A program made the translations under genes and the position numbers. A stretch of 20,000 bases of DNA from Rhizaria sp. SCN 62-66 (taxonomy: Eukaryota): assembly GCA_001724265.1 (NCBI GenBank), contig MEDY01000027.1:110405-130404 (forward strand). Direction: 5' to 3'. Numbering within the stretch: the stretch's first letter is position 1; every line of letters begins with the position of its first letter. Shown here piece by piece: positions 16,822 through 20,000 of this stretch. The notes under the pieces are model-generated. The model made no database searches, was not told where the DNA came from, and saw only the letters and a program-made list of their open reading frames with translations.

Positions 16822-17937
16822 TCAGTTAGCCATGTGGAGCTGGTTGGGCGCGATCCCATGCTGCTCGAAGACGGGCCCAGGGATGAGGGCCTTAAGCTCC
16901 TCGCCGAGCGAGCGATAGTAGGCCATCTCCTCGACCATGCCCGCGGCGCCGGCCCAGTCCTCGGCGGCGAAACGCGGGGCCAGGTCGCGCGCGAAGTCGG
17001 CGAGCCGCGCCTCGTTGGCGGAGAAGATGCGCATCAGCGTCTCCGTGTCGCCCGCGTCGGCCGCGTCCGCGACTTCCTCGCGCAGCTCCATGATCGTGGC
17101 CAGCACTTCGCCGCGCGCGGTCGGGCGCGCGCCTTCGCCCACGAGCGCGGGCGCGCGCAGTGAGAGCAGGTAGCGCGCGCGCGCCAGAGGGTCCGCGAGC
17201 GTGCGGAAAGAGGTGTTGATCGCGGCGGCGTGCGCGGACGAGTACTCCTGCTCCTGCTCCGACTTGGTGCAGAACCGGTCCGGGTGCACGCGCCGCTGCA
17301 GGCTCTTGAAGCGCGCCGCCAGCGCCGCGGCGTCCAGGTCGTACGTTTGCGGCAGCTCGAAGAGCGAGAAGTGGTCCGTGGCGAAGGGCGGCTGGATCGT
17401 GCCGCAGCTGGAGCAGAACACGCCGGGGCATTGGTGCGCCTGCTTCACGGGACACGCCCAGCACAGCGCAGCCGTCGGCGTGGCGCCACAGGGACCGACG
17501 ACGACGCCAGCGCCGGCGCCGGCGACGTCAGAGGACGAAGACGCGGCTGCGGGGCCGCAGGCGGAGGGAGCGCATGTCGTGCCACAGGAGGAGGAGGAGG
17601 AGTTGGGGGAGTTGCGGGAAGACTGTAACGAGCACGGGGCGGCCGGAGGCGCGGGCTGCTTGGTGAGCGGACACGACGGGGGCGCGCCGGCGGGCGCCGA
17701 ATGCGAGTGGTGGCAAGTTCCGCAGCAAGCGCCAGTGTGGGAGAAGTGAGCCACCGAGAGAGTGAAGGGAGTAGTCGCCGAGACGGAACACGACGTGCGT
17801 GGACGCACGGATGGGGCGTAGACGGGTCCGTATGTCGGGCGGAGCGCAGAGAGCTCCGTGGTTAAGCACCGCGAAGCAGCCGAGACAACTGTCGATCCTG
17901 CGAAGAGGCTGCGCTGAAAAAAAGTCCTGGCCAGCAT
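16822..17937 (-). CDS. HSCB: Mitochondrial Fe-S cluster co-chaperone HscB/HSC20/Jac1
   Basis: 371 aa. Arg/Ser-rich presequence-like N-terminus; CWAC...FCSSCGTIQPP tetracysteine motif as in HSC20; J domain DHFSLFELPQTYDLD...LQRRVHPDRF; INTSFRTLADPLARARYLL; acidic C-terminal helix IMELREEV...MAYY. Confidence 0.95.
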   Translation of the reverse strand: MLARTFFQRSLFAGSTVVSAASRCLTTELSALRPTYGPVYAPSVRPRTSCSVSATTPFTLSVAHFSHTGACCGTCHHSHSAPAGAPPSCPLTKQPAPPAAPCSLQSSRNSPNSSSSSCGTTCAPSACGPAAASSSSDVAGAGAGVVVGPCGATPTAALCWACPVKQAHQCPGVFCSSCGTIQPPFATDHFSLFELPQTYDLDAAALAARFKSLQRRVHPDRFCTKSEQEQEYSSAHAAAINTSFRTLADPLARARYLLSLRAPALVGEGARPTARGEVLATIMELREEVADAADAGDTETLMRIFSANEARLADFARDLAPRFAAEDWAGAAGMVEEMAYYRSLGEELKALIPGPVFEQHGIAPNQLHMAN

Positions 17938-18936
17938 AACAGGCGTTTTCTACAGAATAATGAATAATGGAATCAAAAAGAAATCGTGAGAATACATACA
18001 GATTGTGCGACAAACGAGTAAGCACAAGGATATCTTCGCTTGAATATTCGGAGGAACGAGAGTCCGATTGCGATTCCCTGATGTCCGACCTTCGAGGACC
18101 AGTCCGCATCTGACACGCCGCCGCGCGGTTGGTTTTGCAGGTTAATCGCGTTCGCCCCCTAAACAACGTCAGATCGCTTTGAGATTTGTTATCTTAATTA
18201 ATCTATGGGATTAAGTATGTTTTTCAAACGATTTCTCTTCTTTTGCTGAAATACGCTGCCTGCTGGATTCGCCTCTGTATGGTGCACCTGGTGCTTGGTG
18301 AATGTGGGCGAATGTGCTGCGGTGATGCCGTCGCCGCATGAGTGAAGCAATGTAATGGATTTCTGACGTTGTTTTGGTAGTGCATTGATGGTTGACGATG
18401 CTGTTGAGCGATGATAACAACTATTTGAAGGCTGAATGAGCGTGCATACTGGGTAATAGATCAATGTGGCCAAGGTTCGCAACTCGTCCCGTTTGTCTCA
18501 GCTGTCTCATTTGTTGCCGCATATCGACTCGTACATCTTGATCGATCGACTGCGTTTTACTTAGCTAATACACACTGAGGCGGTGGAATTTGCGTCTAAT
18601 TAAGCTTGTTCTGGCGAGTGGGCACCTTAAGTGGTGCAGCAAATGCAAGCCAAGGCGACAATGACTGGCATCGAGAGCGTTGTGCATGTTACATTTAAGC
18701 TTGTATGTTATTCTTTAGGGTAAAAAAGTTAAACAGTTTTCTATTTAAAAACAAGACAAGGGTTTTATTGCGAGATTCGTTGTTCTATACAGAAAAATCA
18801 GTCAACAATTGAGTTCTCACAGTGCTCGTAAATTACTATTAATACTTTAATTTTTGGGCTCGATCCCCAACAATAGCACCGTTCATCAGTAGCGACTCAA
18901 TAGCGAGTCGTTCACAGACTCCGGCTGCAATCGTAC

Positions 18937-19009
18937 GGTTCTATAGCTCAGTGGTAGTAGCGCAGCTTTAGTAAAGCTGAGGTCACGAGTTCAATCCTCG
19001 TTAGAACCC
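18937..19009 (+). tRNA. tRNA-Thr(AGT), copy 2, discriminator C73, anticodon at 18970-18972
   Basis: Positions 1-72 identical to copy 1, with the same cloverleaf and A and B boxes. Confidence 0.9.
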
Positions 19010-19061
19010 GCTTTCGCCGCTGTCTGGCGCAACTTCCCACCCGCGCGGACGTTGTGAGGCA

Positions 19062-19070
19062 TTCTTTTTT
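19062..19070 (+). terminator. First plausible Pol III terminator for tRNA copy 2 (TTCTTTTTT)
   Basis: Only TTT occurs between the tRNA end (19009) and the T6 run at 19065-19070. Confidence 0.6.
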
Positions 19071-19403
19071 GCTGCTCCGCTCCGCTCTGAGTCGGACAGA
19101 CGTTTGTTGTTGACGGTTACACATTGTGTGTGTGTGTGTCGGAGCGGTTCTGCATGGGAGGCGCGATCCAAAACATCTCCGTCCCGGTGCAAATGTCACA
19201 CTCTGCGTATTTGGTGTATTAATACTGATCGATATAAAAATACACGTCAAAATGTAATATGGCTTTTTTGTTTGGATAATAATTTCATGTTTCCATTGCT
19301 TTGGTGTAATGGTATTAATAAGGTCAATCTTCACGATCTGAAAGGGTCTCATTGCGATATCCTTCTTGATTGTCAACTGACGATTGCGATGCGGCCGTTT
19401 TGT

Positions 19404-19469
19404 TTGTACATGTACATGTACAAGTATTAATACATACTATTAATAGTATTCATGTACGTATGATATCAT
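19404..19469. repeat. Chain of abutting perfect palindromes
   Basis: TTGTACATGTACATGTACAA (19404-19423), GTATTAATAC (19424-19433), ATACTATTAATAGTAT (19434-19449), TACGTA (19455-19460), ATGATATCAT (19460-19469). Confidence 0.9.
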
Positions 19470-19692
19470 CTTTTGCATAGTTTGCTCAAACATCATTAAA
19501 ACTTATGTTCTCATCGATCTTACGTACGTGTGCATATGTCCCTCTCATTGTGATTGGTCTCTTTGAAACGTTCAATAATGTTGTCGATCTGATCCGTTGG
19601 TGCTACTGCCTTCCCTGTCTTTCGTCGAGTTACTTGCCCTTTGAGGATTGCATACCTCTTTAATTGTCTTTCTGTTAGTTCGTCGTCCTCGC

Positions 19693-20000
19693 TTACTTCG
19701 CAGGCTGCTGCACCTGCTTAGTGGCGGTGATGAGGATGTCGAGCGCCGTGCTGGCCGTGTGCCCCGTCGCGGGACGGACGTGAGCGAGGTACGCGAGAAG
19801 CGAACCGTAGTGGGGATCCTGCTCGTCGGTCCACCTGCAGGTGACCATGAACTTGTGCAGCATTACCAAGTCCATGCACGTCGACGCCGTCATGTTGATC
19901 TCCGGGAAACCCGCCTCCACCAGTACGCTTCGGCACCCGAGGTTGGCGGGCACCGCCTCTTTCACGGGGCGCACAAACTCGAGGTCGATGACGAGGTAGC
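19693..20000 (-). CDS. 3' end of a gene running in from beyond the window; probable atypical protein-kinase-like C-lobe
   Basis: Frame is open to the window edge: ...YLVIDLEFVRPVKE...MTASTCMDLVMLHKFM...LLAYLAHVRPATGHTASTALDIL...K*. C/G third-position bias and an AT-rich 3' flank support coding. IDLE, DLxxLxK and RP...TAxxAL resemble kinase subdomains VII, IX and XI. Confidence refers mainly to coding status; the product call is tentative. Confidence 0.65.
   Translation of the reverse strand, partial: YLVIDLEFVRPVKEAVPANLGCRSVLVEAGFPEINMTASTCMDLVMLHKFMVTCRWTDEQDPHYGSLLAYLAHVRPATGHTASTALDILITATKQVQQPAK

Larger units (their letters stand above)
18828..19142 (+). repeat. tRNA-centred repeat, copy 2 (inverted relative to 12271-12574); weaker similarity continues to ~19313
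   Basis: See copy 1. Differs by +57 nt upstream of the tRNA, -32 nt directly after the tRNA, -10 nt at 19086/19087 and scattered substitutions. The well-aligned part ends in a (TG)n run at ~19125-19139. Confidence 0.95.

Noticed and set aside
13036-17749. Overlapping Arg/Gly-rich ORFs on alternative frames of MON1, ERGIC and HSCB
   Set aside because: Products of strong C/G third-position bias in the real genes.
17528-18482. ORFs upstream of or overlapping the HSCB start (17528-18166, 18198-18482, 18211-18420)
   Set aside because: No codon bias or motifs, mostly non-ATG starts; treated as promoter or UTR sequence.
18961-18980. CTTTAGT read as a TTA (ochre suppressor) or TAG (Leu) anticodon
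   Set aside because: The only 5-bp stem (CAGCT/AGCTG) centres AGT in a 7-nt loop, and the short variable loop does not fit Leu.
12271-19142. Assembly artefact or autonomous DNA transposon with terminal inverted repeats
   Set aside because: The copies differ by several indels and substitutions, unlike a duplicated read. No transposase, defined termini or target-site duplication were found, and the cargo is housekeeping genes.
15-20000. Non-standard genetic code as the explanation for the huge ORF
   Set aside because: The ORF is open in the standard code, conserved genes translate correctly, and TAA/TGA end genes at expected positions.

Overview
Eukaryotic, gene-dense locus, probably from a protist. 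Coding regions are GC-rich and apparently intron-free, spacers are AT-rich, and the genetic code looks standard. Left 12 kb: one stop-free 4006-codon Ala/Ser-rich ORF, possibly 5'-truncated. It has one clear but degenerate cyclic-nucleotide-binding (CNB) domain and what looks like a second CNB domain whose motifs are spread apart by long low-complexity insertions. Middle: three housekeeping genes, MON1 (-), an ERV46/ERGIC-family gene (+) and HSCB/HSC20 (-). They are bracketed by two inverted copies of a ~0.3-0.45 kb repeat, each built around the same outward-pointing tRNA-Thr(AGT) gene. The right copy lacks the 32-nt oligo-T terminator block and has an extra 53-nt hairpin-containing segment upstream, so it should be transcribed as tRNA plus a conserved hairpin trailer. 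Beyond each repeat lie a GTAC/palindrome-dense tract and then a convergent gene end. The window ends in the 3' part of a probable atypical kinase-like gene. All family calls come from reading motifs by eye; no database search was run.
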